Part shown: positions 27,931 through 37,572 of the stretch, in pieces | How positions within the stretch are numbered: position 1 is the stretch's first letter | Layout of the letters: every line of letters begins with the position of its first letter | IMG/VR virus record: IMGVR_UViG_2602041884_000001 | Coordinates: 1 to 64,000 of that record | Source of the DNA: a virus | Taxonomy: Duplodnaviria; Caudoviricetes | Strand: one strand, 5' to 3' | Length of the DNA stretch: 64,000 bases | Notes under the pieces: generated by a model | What the model was told of the DNA's origin: nothing | The model's input: only the letters and a program-made list of their open reading frames with translations | The model's database searches: none | Program-made: the position numbers and the translations under genes

Positions 27931-30698
27931 TGGCAACAGGGCTTGGCCAGTGGGAAACAACCACTAAGATCCACTCTGTACTCAAGACTATTGCGCAAGG
28001 CGAGATTGAGCGTATGCGTCCGGCCTCTCGGCTGGCCGAGGTTACGCAGATCAATCCAAGTGACAAGTCAGTGCTGGTTAAGTTTGTCGGCGAGACGAAT
28101 GAGGTAAAGGTTCCATACACCTCGACCGCCCCGGCGAATACCGGCCAGTGGGTTCGAGTCGGAGGAACGACTCACGATCGTCATGTCGAAGATGTCATCG
28201 GCACTACCGACACCGAGGCGCGGCTCGAGAACAACGAGTCTCATATCAACTCGCTCATGAGCTCAATCCTCGGCCCGTCCTGGTCGGACGACGACGACGG
28301 CGAGTCGGGCGGCTTTGTTGATCAGATCACAGACTTCTTCAACGGACTCGGCGGCGGTGCCGAGGATACGATGGAGCTCATCAGGGCTCTAGCAGACAAT
28401 CCACTTGGCACGCTCGAGGATGCGAAGAACAAGATCGGAAAGATGATCGAGTCCGCGTTCGGACTGATCAATCCGAGTCGGATTCCACTCCTTCCCGCCT
28501 CGCATGTCGGCAAGAACGAGCCCAACATTCTTGCGAACTACACCTTCGAGAGTGCCATCACTATCGAGACAGGTGGCGCGTGGGTGTGGGACGGAGTCGA
28601 GGGGAGAACCGCTCCGGGCTGCGCAAAGACTACAGCTAACGGTACTCGCAAGGTTCTCACTTCGGTCGAGGTGAAGTCGGATGCCGGGCAGTCACTCGAT
28701 TTCGAGGGATATGTCAAGTGGGATGGAGTCACCGCGACAGGGAACGCCTTCCAGCTCACTGCGGTCACATACACTGGCGAGTCCGTTGTAAGCGAGACTG
28801 TTATCCAGTCCATCACCAATCCTGCCGTCAGTGGAGGTTGGACCAAGCTTTCTGGCACGTACGTCATCCCAGAGGGCATCACTGCCGTTCGACTCCGCAT
28901 CGTAGTCACCTCGACTACTACAGCCGGTACGGTCTGGTTCGATGATCTGCTACTAAAGAAGACCGGCTCAATCAAGCAGGGCTTGATCAGCAATCTGATT
29001 CCAGACCTCAGTGGACTCTGGACAAACTTCACGAATGTCTTTCAGTTCATCACCGGCATTCCCGGCGCTACACTGACTACACTTCAGACGTGGATTGGGC
29101 AGCTCAAGAACATCCTCGGTGGCATATCGATCCCAGGTGGATCGATTCTCCCTACGCTTTCGCAGGCTATCAACAGTACGATTAGCGGAGTTCAGGACTT
29201 TGTTCAGAACTTGCTCGATGCGATCATTAAGGGTATCCGTCGAGTTCCGTTCGTTGGTGGCGGTATCGCTGACGTTCTGTCGGCGCTGACCGGCTTTGCG
29301 AACAAGACTGAAGGCGACCACCAGAGCCTCATGGATAATGTTTGGACTGGCGCAACCCAGCCCAGCAGCGAGGTTGTCGTTGGCAAGACCGACGAAGAGA
29401 TTCGCCAGGCTGTCGCAGCACTGAAGGCTCGGGCCGAGGCTGCGACGGCCGCCCAGGAGATGGAGTTCCTCTCGGCGGTTCCGCTGTGGCAGGGGCTCAT
29501 TCCAGGAGGTGATGTCACAACTCCACTTCAGGGCGTGAACTCGGAGATGACTTCAACCAACACGTCGAACCTCATGACGCTATTCCGTCCCAGGTCTTCG
29601 TTTCCTATTGAGCGTATATCGTTCATGGGCAAGGTCGCATCCGGCACCAACCCACTCCTCTGGACGGCTGCCCGACTGCTGCTGGCAAGCTATGATGAAG
29701 ACACAAACATGTGGAGATGTGTTGCTAGGTCTGCGGATTTCAGGACCGAGCTTGGAACGGCGATCTCGTGGATTCACACGACATTTCTTGTTCCGTACGT
29801 CCCTCGTGTTGGTGAAGACCTTGCAATTATTGCAAAGCCTTACGCCGGAGGTACGGACGGCTTTGCCGTCAGTCTAATGAGGAACACTCCAACTGGTGTC
29901 GGCGTGAACGCCTACACCATTCCGCCATCCTCGATTCACCCGAGGGCAATCACAGCACTGGTCACTGGCGCAAGTACTATGTCAGATGTGGGGGATTCAT
30001 TCAGCGGAGACGACGGCACGAAGGTCACTTCGTGGACCAATGGCCTGGTGCCCTTCTATCACTACAGTCCAGACCTCGGCCAGGTTGAGACATACCCGCC
30101 ACTTTACTGGTTCGATGACTTCAACTCGTTCACAGTTACAGAATCCAAGTACAAGAAGATCTCGAGCACCTCGCTAAATGCAACGTTCTCTAGCGGCAAG
30201 ATGGAGTTCAACGGAACAACCGATGGTCGTCAGGGCATCCTGTACACCACTCCGATGAATACTGATTTTATGAGTGTTCAGGCCGATGTGGTGTATGATG
30301 CGGTGAACTATGGCGAGACGACATGCTCTGTCATTGGCATTCACCAAGACGTCAACGGCGTGGGCGGAGTGCACCTTACTATCGATCGAACTGCCGGTGG
30401 CTCTGTTGTCATGAGAACGGGCGGAAGCCTCTCGACCCCGATCACCGGAACAACCGTGCGAGCCTCCATCATGAGTGGGCACAACCCAGAAGGCCGCTGG
30501 GAGCTTTTCTACGATGCACCAACCTCGACATACAGGGTTGTCCACAATGGGGTCGGACTTGGTGCACTTACCTGGACAGACGGGTCAAACTCGATAGGGC
30601 GAGGAAAGGTTCGACGCTATACCATGCTCAACGTTGGGCGCGCCTCGTTCCAGGACTCGCTCGGCTGGGATAACCTGCTGATTAAGGACATCACCTAA
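27930..30698 (+). CDS. Minor tail protein with carbohydrate-binding-like domain
   Basis: 922 aa; NYTFES...WTKLSGTY...TVWFDDL galactose-binding-like segment. Confidence 0.75.
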   Translation: MATGLGQWETTTKIHSVLKTIAQGEIERMRPASRLAEVTQINPSDKSVLVKFVGETNEVKVPYTSTAPANTGQWVRVGGTTHDRHVEDVIGTTDTEARLENNESHINSLMSSILGPSWSDDDDGESGGFVDQITDFFNGLGGGAEDTMELIRALADNPLGTLEDAKNKIGKMIESAFGLINPSRIPLLPASHVGKNEPNILANYTFESAITIETGGAWVWDGVEGRTAPGCAKTTANGTRKVLTSVEVKSDAGQSLDFEGYVKWDGVTATGNAFQLTAVTYTGESVVSETVIQSITNPAVSGGWTKLSGTYVIPEGITAVRLRIVVTSTTTAGTVWFDDLLLKKTGSIKQGLISNLIPDLSGLWTNFTNVFQFITGIPGATLTTLQTWIGQLKNILGGISIPGGSILPTLSQAINSTISGVQDFVQNLLDAIIKGIRRVPFVGGGIADVLSALTGFANKTEGDHQSLMDNVWTGATQPSSEVVVGKTDEEIRQAVAALKARAEAATAAQEMEFLSAVPLWQGLIPGGDVTTPLQGVNSEMTSTNTSNLMTLFRPRSSFPIERISFMGKVASGTNPLLWTAARLLLASYDEDTNMWRCVARSADFRTELGTAISWIHTTFLVPYVPRVGEDLAIIAKPYAGGTDGFAVSLMRNTPTGVGVNAYTIPPSSIHPRAITALVTGASTMSDVGDSFSGDDGTKVTSWTNGLVPFYHYSPDLGQVETYPPLYWFDDFNSFTVTESKYKKISSTSLNATFSSGKMEFNGTTDGRQGILYTTPMNTDFMSVQADVVYDAVNYGETTCSVIGIHQDVNGVGGVHLTIDRTAGGSVVMRTGGSLSTPITGTTVRASIMSGHNPEGRWELFYDAPTSTYRVVHNGVGLGALTWTDGSNSIGRGKVRRYTMLNVGRASFQDSLGWDNLLIKDIT

Positions 30699-31702
30699 TG
30701 CTAGGCTGGAGCGAGTCTGGACCCCCAGCGCCGATCCCAGAATCGGTGCTGGGGTGGTTTGACGTGCCCCAGCTTACTTCATCCGAAGACCTATACCTTC
30801 AGGACGAGGGCTTCCTCTCCTGGCTGGACAATAATCAGACAATGTTCGGTGATCTTGGATTGAATAAGTTGTCCATAACTAATTCAGATCGCCTACACTT
30901 CGGCGACGAGGCAGTTGTAAAGATTCCACAGTCCGTGGATGATCGACTTGTTTCCCAGGACCAAGGTGCATTCAGATTCCCGGGTGAAGGATTTACCCAG
31001 TATGGCGATACTGGAATGCTTCTGCCGAGATCGACAGGCAGCGACACTGTCGCGTTCGCTGACGGGGATTCGTCTAGACTGAAGCTCGAGTCTGGGGCCT
31101 CGCTAGCTTACCAGAGTGAGGGCGACATAGCCTTTACTCCACGGACTGAAACCTACACGCAGATAACAGTGACCGGCTCCGTCCAGCAGTACAGGGTGCC
31201 AGCCTGGTGCAACTTTTTGGACATCATAGGACTGAGTGCTGGCGCGTCCGGCCAGACTGGTCACGGCGGTAACGGAAATGCAGGCAAGGGAGGAAAAGCT
31301 GGCTCGTGGGATTACGCGATGCGCGAGCGCGGCAGGTCCAACTTCCCGTCTACGCTTATCATCCTCAGCGTTACGATCGGCGCGGGTGGATCACAGCCTG
31401 CCAACTCGGACCTCGCTGGACCTAATGCAGGTGGCGCAACCATCGTGACCTCGCCAGAAACCGGAACAATACTGAACATTCCAGGCGGCTCCGGCACGGC
31501 TGGCGGACAGAACGGCGAGTCTCCGGGCGGCCTTACTGTTAACGGCGTGTCATACACAGGAGGAGCCGGAGGCACGGGAAACGGAGGCAACGCAACCGCC
31601 CCCGGCGGGGCTGGGGCAGGCGGAAACGGCGGCTTCTTTACCTCGAGAACTAGAGGTGGAGTTGGCTCTGCCGGTCGAGTGTGGATAAGGGCGTACCAGT
31701 AA
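30698..31702 (+). CDS. Glycine-rich minor tail protein
   Basis: C-terminal Gly-rich domain ending AGRVWIRAYQ, typical of actinophage minor tails. Confidence 0.8.
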   Translation: MLGWSESGPPAPIPESVLGWFDVPQLTSSEDLYLQDEGFLSWLDNNQTMFGDLGLNKLSITNSDRLHFGDEAVVKIPQSVDDRLVSQDQGAFRFPGEGFTQYGDTGMLLPRSTGSDTVAFADGDSSRLKLESGASLAYQSEGDIAFTPRTETYTQITVTGSVQQYRVPAWCNFLDIIGLSAGASGQTGHGGNGNAGKGGKAGSWDYAMRERGRSNFPSTLIILSVTIGAGGSQPANSDLAGPNAGGATIVTSPETGTILNIPGGSGTAGGQNGESPGGLTVNGVSYTGGAGGTGNGGNATAPGGAGAGGNGGFFTSRTRGGVGSAGRVWIRAYQ

Positions 31703-31995
31703 TGCCAAACATCATAGAGGCTGACGCACTTGTCTCCGTGGAGTTCGACAAGGTTATTCCATTTCCATCAGGTGTTATCGTTCACTCGATAGAGATAGAC
31801 GAGGATGATACGCCACTCGTGAGATGTCATTTTTCTTACGACTACGAGCCGTTCGAGTCGCTTTCTGCTCCAGAGTTCGAGTTCGATGCGGACGAAGTTG
31901 TTGTAAGCAAGCAGTTCGAGTACACAATCAATCGCGGAGTCACGTACATAAGTGCTCCCGGCACACGGTCCAGGCCGTCACGAAAGAAGGTTTGA
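31702..31995 (+). CDS. Hypothetical protein
   Basis: TAATG coupling with upstream gene. Confidence 0.6.
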   Translation: MPNIIEADALVSVEFDKVIPFPSGVIVHSIEIDEDDTPLVRCHFSYDYEPFESLSAPEFEFDADEVVVSKQFEYTINRGVTYISAPGTRSRPSRKKV

Positions 31996-31996
31996 A

Positions 31997-32374
31997 ATGC
32001 CCATCGCAACCACAGTCTACGAGGATGCTCACCTCATCGACTTGGCCGACTACCAGGCGAGCAAGGGGAATCGCATCGCGCTGTTCTACGGAGACACTCG
32101 GGTCGGCACTGTGTATGCAGACACAACCTGGGGAACATCTGCCGCAGTGACCGAGGGTGGAGTTCGACTCGGTCGCAAGCCCGGAAGCACTGTGACGATC
32201 AACGTGGGGGCAAGTGTTGTTCCCAATGGAACAATCATCGATCGTTATGGAGTCTACAATGGTACAACACTTCTTCGCAAGGTTGGCCTGAACATCGCTG
32301 CCGTCGTTAATGATGGCAGTATCGCATTCTCTGTCGACGTCACACCAGTCATTAAGGTCGGCCCCAAGGCTTGA
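31997..32374 (+). CDS. Probable small tail-associated protein
   Basis: Beta-rich; position at end of tail module. Confidence 0.6.
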   Translation: MPIATTVYEDAHLIDLADYQASKGNRIALFYGDTRVGTVYADTTWGTSAAVTEGGVRLGRKPGSTVTINVGASVVPNGTIIDRYGVYNGTTLLRKVGLNIAAVVNDGSIAFSVDVTPVIKVGPKA

Positions 32375-32402
32375 TAGCTGGAAGATAACGGCACCATTAC
32401 AA

Positions 32403-32438
32403 TGCTTGACCCGACTTCAGCTGTCGGAGTAGTATAAT
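32403..32438 (+). promoter_or_regulatory. Putative promoter for the lysis cassette
   Basis: TGC-TTGACC (32406-32411), 18 nt, TAGTAT (32430-32435) overlapping TATAAT; CCGAC/GTCGG dyad in the spacer. Confidence 0.65.
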
Positions 32439-32459
32439 CGATCGACACAGGAGGAACTC

Positions 32460-32879
32460 ATGACGCAGAACGACACCAGCTCGCCCACGCCCAATCTTCT
32501 CAATATCCGCTCGTTCAACGACCTGATCGCAATGCTGTACGCACTCTTTCCGGTGCTTACTGGCATGCTAATGGCGTACGGAATCCTCGCAGAAGAGCAT
32601 GCAGCACTGTGGGCCGCAGTAGGCACTGGCGCATGCCAGCTGATCCTGCAGTTCGCACGAACCCAAGAGGGCGTGCGCCGCGCAATCTACACCGCGCTGA
32701 ATCTCGTGAACATGGTACTGATCGCTTACGTTGCAGGCTGGAATCCCGACAACGTGACAAACCTCCTCCCACTGCTGAACGTCCTCCTGGGCGGCGCTCC
32801 GGCTATCGTGGCCGTCCAGAACGTGAACACCTCCGGCGACGAGACGCGGTACGGCAAGCACGCTGCAAAGGTGGACTAA
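32460..32879 (+). CDS. Holin
   Basis: ~4 hydrophobic segments, RRAIY motif, basic tail YGKHAAK; SD AGGAGG; precedes lysins. Confidence 0.75.
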   Translation: MTQNDTSSPTPNLLNIRSFNDLIAMLYALFPVLTGMLMAYGILAEEHAALWAAVGTGACQLILQFARTQEGVRRAIYTALNLVNMVLIAYVAGWNPDNVTNLLPLLNVLLGGAPAIVAVQNVNTSGDETRYGKHAAKVD

Positions 32880-33202
32880 TGATTGTCTACCACCGGACGA
32901 GTTACAAAGAGGACTCGCTAGAGGAAACGATCGAGCATGTGCGAGATCATGTTGCCTCCATCGCAAACGCGAATGACGATCCGTCGGAGTATCGAGATCA
33001 GGTCAAGATTCAGACCACTCGATACGATGACGGCTCGGTGCGCGTCTTTGGCGAGCTGGACATGGACCCGTGCTGCGATTACAGCGTGCCAGAGTCCTAT
33101 GTCGAGCCGCCGGAAGATCAATACCAGAAGGGCTTCGGCGTGCGCGAGATGACGCCCGACGAGCTTCAGGGGCACCTGCTCAAGAAGGAAGGTCTTCAGT
33201 GA
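32879..33202 (+). CDS. Hypothetical protein in lysis cassette
   Basis: TAATG overlap upstream and GTGA overlap downstream. Confidence 0.7.
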   Translation: MIVYHRTSYKEDSLEETIEHVRDHVASIANANDDPSEYRDQVKIQTTRYDDGSVRVFGELDMDPCCDYSVPESYVEPPEDQYQKGFGVREMTPDELQGHLLKKEGLQ

Positions 33203-33834
33203 GTCTTGCAATCGTCAGGGCAATCGCCCAGGAGTATGTCAAGCTTGGCGGCAAGGCTGTCTACACTCGTGGCTACGAGACGCGAGGCAACGGCCAGACT
33301 TCCAACTACAAGGGCATCGTCTTTCATCACACCGCTGGAGCTCGCAATGTCAACATCGATCAGATTCTCATCGACGGACGCTGGGACCTTCCCGGCCCGC
33401 TCTGTAACTTCTGTATCATGTATGATGGAGACCTTGGGGTCATTGCTGCGAACCCTGCGAACCACGCTGGTGCGTCTGGCGGATGGGATACTGCGCCGCT
33501 ACCGCACACTGGCCTCTTCAATCGCGAGGTTCTCGGCTGTGAAATCCAGTACCCAGGCACAGAGCCGATGGCTGCAGTTCAGTACGAGTCCGCGAAGCGC
33601 CTCGCTGTCGCCACACTCAAGGTACTCAACAAGCCCGGTCAAACCCAGTGGCTCAAGTTTCACCAGGGTACGTCGATAGAGGGCAAGTGGGACCCAGGTT
33701 ACCACATTAACCCCACAAAGACGTACAGCATCACACAGTTCCGCAACGACGTTAAGGGTATGCAGCAGGGCGAAGACCCGAACTCTGCAGACTGGAAAGA
33801 CAACGTCCGCCAGCTTATGGGGTACCCGGAATGA
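33199..33834 (+). CDS. lysA: Lysin A, N-acetylmuramoyl-L-alanine amidase
   Basis: GIVFHHTAG, ANHAG, LGCEI, H...KWDPG amidase-2 motifs. Confidence 0.88.
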   Translation: MSLAIVRAIAQEYVKLGGKAVYTRGYETRGNGQTSNYKGIVFHHTAGARNVNIDQILIDGRWDLPGPLCNFCIMYDGDLGVIAANPANHAGASGGWDTAPLPHTGLFNREVLGCEIQYPGTEPMAAVQYESAKRLAVATLKVLNKPGQTQWLKFHQGTSIEGKWDPGYHINPTKTYSITQFRNDVKGMQQGEDPNSADWKDNVRQLMGYPE

Positions 33835-34658
33835 CAACTCGTTATCATCCGCTCAAGCGCGGTTACGTCATCACCAGTAACTTCGGATGGCGCTCGTTTG
33901 ACAACGCGGTCCACACTGGTATCGACTTCGGCAACCCGAAGGGATCGTCCGCTGGCTGGCCAGTGTATGCCATCCAGGGTGGGCGAGTGATCTTCGCTGG
34001 ATCGGCCTCTGGTTACGGTGGTCCCGATCCTGCAGGTTGGCTCGTGATCGACTCGGACGACTCGCAGGGGTCTGGCGTTTTCGAGTACGGCCACATCGTT
34101 CGCAGCCCTCGCGTTACCGTCGGAACAGTCGTAAGGGCTGGCGATCAGATCGGAACGATCAATCCCAACAGTGCGACGAACGGCGGGGTTGCTCCACATC
34201 TGCATGTGTCTTACATGCCGTACGAGTACAATCCCCAAAAGAAGAAGGACTTCGCTCCATTCCTGACGGGTGCCACATTCCCCGGCGAAGCAGCACCCGC
34301 ACCGAAGCCAAGCGAGAATAACACAGGAGGCACCATGTCAGACGCAAAAGACGTTCGAGTCCAGCTTCGTGGACCAGGCGACAACGGGTGGACCCAGCTC
34401 GCACCCCAGCCTGACGAAAAGGGGGTGCGATTCAGCATCTTTAAGGGACGTCACGTCACCGCCCAGACCGTAGTTGAGGCTCTCGCTACCGTCGTGTTCG
34501 AGCTCACGTATCGACTTCCCCGAAAGGGACGAGGGTATGCCGACTACAAGTCGCGAGCCGGAGATACCGTACTTGGAAACGCTGGCAATGCAGCTGCAAT
34601 CGCTGCAGAGAACCAGGACATCCTACGACGTATCGAAGACAAACTCGACGGAAAGTGA
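33831..34658 (+). CDS. lysA: Lysin A, M23 peptidase with C-terminal domain
   Basis: HTGIDFG (HxxxD), YGH, APHLH (HxH); C-terminal QLRGP..GWTQL. Confidence 0.88.
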   Translation: MTTRYHPLKRGYVITSNFGWRSFDNAVHTGIDFGNPKGSSAGWPVYAIQGGRVIFAGSASGYGGPDPAGWLVIDSDDSQGSGVFEYGHIVRSPRVTVGTVVRAGDQIGTINPNSATNGGVAPHLHVSYMPYEYNPQKKKDFAPFLTGATFPGEAAPAPKPSENNTGGTMSDAKDVRVQLRGPGDNGWTQLAPQPDEKGVRFSIFKGRHVTAQTVVEALATVVFELTYRLPRKGRGYADYKSRAGDTVLGNAGNAAAIAAENQDILRRIEDKLDGK

Positions 34659-34662
34659 GCCG

Positions 34663-35088
34663 GTGCTATCCGGCAGGCGACACCAAGATGCGAGTAAGTT
34701 CGAAGCGCTGAGATCGTTTCTAATGATCTTGGCCTTCGTTCTTGCTTCCGTTCCGGCTATCTATGGTATCGTCTTGATTACCTTCGATGAGATTTGGCCT
34801 CCGGAACGGTCGGCTATGTCAATTCCTTACGCGCCTCGGTCGTGGGGGGTTGCGATGCTTGTTGTCGCAGTCGTTGCTGGCATCACCTCGCTTCGTTCGA
34901 GGTGGTCGCGCTACTACTCGTACTCTCTTCGTACGCTCTGCCTGGTTTGGTCCGTGCTCGATGTTACCTTTTTCATCGACATGGTCACAGATGTTGGCAA
35001 GCAAGCCGTCATCCCGATCGTGTTCGCAACAACGCTTGCTGTTCTATCTGCCAGCGCTTCGGTTTTGGAGGACGAATGGCGCGACTAG
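34663..35088 (+). CDS. Multi-pass membrane protein (lysis-associated)
   Basis: Four hydrophobic segments; start uncertain. Confidence 0.65.
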   Translation: MLSGRRHQDASKFEALRSFLMILAFVLASVPAIYGIVLITFDEIWPPERSAMSIPYAPRSWGVAMLVVAVVAGITSLRSRWSRYYSYSLRTLCLVWSVLDVTFFIDMVTDVGKQAVIPIVFATTLAVLSASASVLEDEWRD

Positions 35089-35546
35089 GAAACTTCATCC
35101 ACAAGATACTCGGGCGGACTCGCGTCGTCGAGTCCGGCTCCTACCCGTTGTATCGACTTATCGCCCTGTCGGCGACAATCTCTGCAATTTTGCAGATGGC
35201 TACACAGACCTGGCCTCAGTCATTTGTTGACGCTGCCACGACCACCTGGTCGGGTTGGGTGTTCTCTACCGCGCAACTCTTCGGAGGATTGTTCGTCTGG
35301 ATCGCACTCTACATGCACGAGGACTCCGAGCCTAGCCTATCTCGAGTCCAGATTTCACTTTCCCTCGAGCGCATGGGCTGCGCTCTAATGATCTCGGTAA
35401 TCGGAACCTACACTTACGGTGTTGTCGACCAGAACGGCGGCATTCCTAAGACGTGGGCGACGTGGGCTCTCATGTTCTTTGGGCTATACCTCGTCTACAG
35501 ATTCAACGAGATCAGAAAAGCTCTAAAGGAGTTGCGTAGTGAATGA
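35076..35546 (+). CDS. Multi-pass membrane protein (lysis-associated)
   Basis: ATG 35076 with SD GGAGG; four hydrophobic segments. Confidence 0.7.
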   Translation: MARLGNFIHKILGRTRVVESGSYPLYRLIALSATISAILQMATQTWPQSFVDAATTTWSGWVFSTAQLFGGLFVWIALYMHEDSEPSLSRVQISLSLERMGCALMISVIGTYTYGVVDQNGGIPKTWATWALMFFGLYLVYRFNEIRKALKELRSE

Positions 35547-35871
35547 TGTTGTTACGCTTCTCCTCGGCGGAGGACTTGCCGCCACCATTATCGAAGCAAT
35601 AAAGTTCGTCGCAAACTTCCGACAGGTACGACAGAGGGACGAAGCTGCAACCAGAGTAGACTCCACCGCCGCAGATGTTACAGCTATCAGCGCGTGGAAG
35701 GATCTTTGGCAGACCGACTCGCAGCGTGCAAAAGAGTTCGAGAAAGAACGTAATCATGAAAGAGAGCGCGGCGAAAAGTTGATCGACCTCGTTCAAGACG
35801 CTGCCGATCTACTTCCCGCCGCTGATGCTGACGCTATTCTGGATAGACTCTCTGTACTTCGAAGGTTCTAG
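35539..35871 (+). CDS. Single-TM coiled-coil membrane protein
   Basis: N-terminal TM LLLGGGLAATII then coiled coil; last rightward gene. Confidence 0.7.
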   Translation: MNDVVTLLLGGGLAATIIEAIKFVANFRQVRQRDEAATRVDSTAADVTAISAWKDLWQTDSQRAKEFEKERNHERERGEKLIDLVQDAADLLPAADADAILDRLSVLRRF

Positions 35872-36272
35872 TACACCGAGTCAGGCTTGTGCTTCGGCGC
35901 AGGCGAGTCATCATGCTGACCGCGAGGCCCTTGGAGATATTCTTCCACGGCTTCGCGGTCTTCCTCTTCTTTGCCGTCGGCCTCGGGTAGCTCCTCTTTC
36001 GATTCGTCCGGAATGATCTCGGCCATTGCTATCAGTCCCTCTATCTCTCGTGGTATGACGCCGATCGTGGCATTTGTGATGTCGTAAGGTCCTGCGTACA
36101 GGGCGAGACTTGTCGACGGTAGTGGAATCCAGTCTCCCTCGTACTTGTTGGTATTCACGTTGAAGATGCGACCGAGAATCTCGATGTTGTCTCCGGTGAC
36201 AGAGCTGCCGTCCTCGCGACCCTTGCCGCTGATCTTTACGTGGATTACCTTGTCGTCAATCTCCGTTGACAT
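35868..36272 (-). CDS. Hypothetical protein
   Basis: SD AGGAGG; convergent overlap with the last + gene. Confidence 0.7.
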   Translation of the reverse strand: MSTEIDDKVIHVKISGKGREDGSSVTGDNIEILGRIFNVNTNKYEGDWIPLPSTSLALYAGPYDITNATIGVIPREIEGLIAMAEIIPDESKEELPEADGKEEEDREAVEEYLQGPRGQHDDSPAPKHKPDSVY

Positions 36273-36372
36273 TATCTACCTCCTGGTTTGACTTCCGCTT
36301 GATTACAAACAGCAGTGCATCTAAGACCACCACGGCGACGCCGATGCACACAAGCGTCTGCGTGTGATTCAC
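36256..36372 (-). CDS. Small membrane protein (38 aa), not in ORF track
   Basis: MNHTQTLVCIGVAVVVLDALLFVIKRKSNQEVDNVNGD; GTGA overlap with nuclease stop. Confidence 0.6.
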   Translation of the reverse strand: MNHTQTLVCIGVAVVVLDALLFVIKRKSNQEVDNVNGD

Positions 36373-37571
36373 TCCTTGATCACTCTCTTAATGACCTTCG
36401 GTCGCGGCTCCGAGATGGACTCGCGAACAGAGGAGCGAAGCCTCGACCGCTGCGCCATCGTGAGCACGTCGCCCTCCAGGAGCTTGTTGATCTCCTGGTT
36501 GTTGAACTTGCCCATGTTGGCGAACAGGTTATCTCCGATGATCTCCCGCACCGTGGCCGGATCGTAAGACTTGCGACGCTGCGACTTGAACACGACGTGG
36601 TGGTTCTCGGTGTCGTACTCTATCTCGTCGGTGTTCATGGCATCTTCAAGCATAGACTCTACGACTTCTTCGATTGCATACTTGATAGCCTTCGAAGCGC
36701 CCTCGAGTTCCATGAGACGAGCTGCCATAGCGTCTCGGTCGCCAGTGATTGCCATGAGGCCACCGGCGTTGACGCTTTTGACGAGTTCTTTGCATGTGGG
36801 CTTGAGTACGCAGAACTGACATTCCGAGTTCAGTGTAGCCCTGCCCTCGCCCTTTTCTGCGATGATTCGCTCCGCGACCTTGCGGACATAGCGCCAGGTG
36901 GCTACATTGTCGTCGCGAGTAAACTTCGCATCGACAGAGTCGTAGCGGAGCTGATCAAAGCAAACCCAAATCTCATCAGGCTTCAGCGGGAAGCCTAGCT
37001 CGGCCTCGATCTCCTTGAAGGCAAGCTGAATCGCCATAGCGTACAGACGACCCTGCGGCTTCTGGCGCAACCCTTCCGGTGTTAGCACCTGCCTCCATGT
37101 CTTGTAGTCGACGATCCTGACAACAGTCTTGCCGTCGTCCTCGAACATGTCGAGACGGTCGAAGATGAACGTGTAGGGAATCTCTCCGATCGAGGTCTTG
37201 ATGTTCACCCTGATCTTGCGCTCGACCATGAGTACCTGAACGTCATCGAGGTACGTTCTCTCCAGCCAGCGTTCGAGCATGTCGACACCGTCAGAGTAGA
37301 ACGGGTCCTTCTTGTCGGGCACCCGCCCGAACTGCTTCATAAAGTTCTGCTTGAAGAATGCCAGCATGCGCGCCCACTCGACCGGATGCGTCTTGTCGAT
37401 GAACGCCTCCTTCACCGTGGTCTCGAGCGTGTCATGCACTGCGGTTCCAAGTTTAGCTGGCTCACCACTCCCACCCGGCGACGGCACGCGCTCGATATAC
37501 TCAGCGTAGTACCGCTTAGTGCAACCCTCGAACGTCTGGATGGATGACGCCGAGATGGAAGTGAGTTTCAC
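36369..37571 (-). CDS. Cas4/RecB-like PD-(D/E)xK exonuclease
   Basis: SASSI..F.GC, GTAVH, VE, FDRLD, IVDYKT, Q..LY, CQFC..KPTC. Confidence 0.85.
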   Translation of the reverse strand: MKLTSISASSIQTFEGCTKRYYAEYIERVPSPGGSGEPAKLGTAVHDTLETTVKEAFIDKTHPVEWARMLAFFKQNFMKQFGRVPDKKDPFYSDGVDMLERWLERTYLDDVQVLMVERKIRVNIKTSIGEIPYTFIFDRLDMFEDDGKTVVRIVDYKTWRQVLTPEGLRQKPQGRLYAMAIQLAFKEIEAELGFPLKPDEIWVCFDQLRYDSVDAKFTRDDNVATWRYVRKVAERIIAEKGEGRATLNSECQFCVLKPTCKELVKSVNAGGLMAITGDRDAMAARLMELEGASKAIKYAIEEVVESMLEDAMNTDEIEYDTENHHVVFKSQRRKSYDPATVREIIGDNLFANMGKFNNQEINKLLEGDVLTMAQRSRLRSSVRESISEPRPKVIKRVIKE

Positions 37572-37572
37572 T

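Noticed and set aside
36369-37571. Cas4-like gene as sign of a CRISPR system
   Set aside because: No repeat-spacer array or other cas genes seen; solo Cas4/RecB nucleases are common in actinophages
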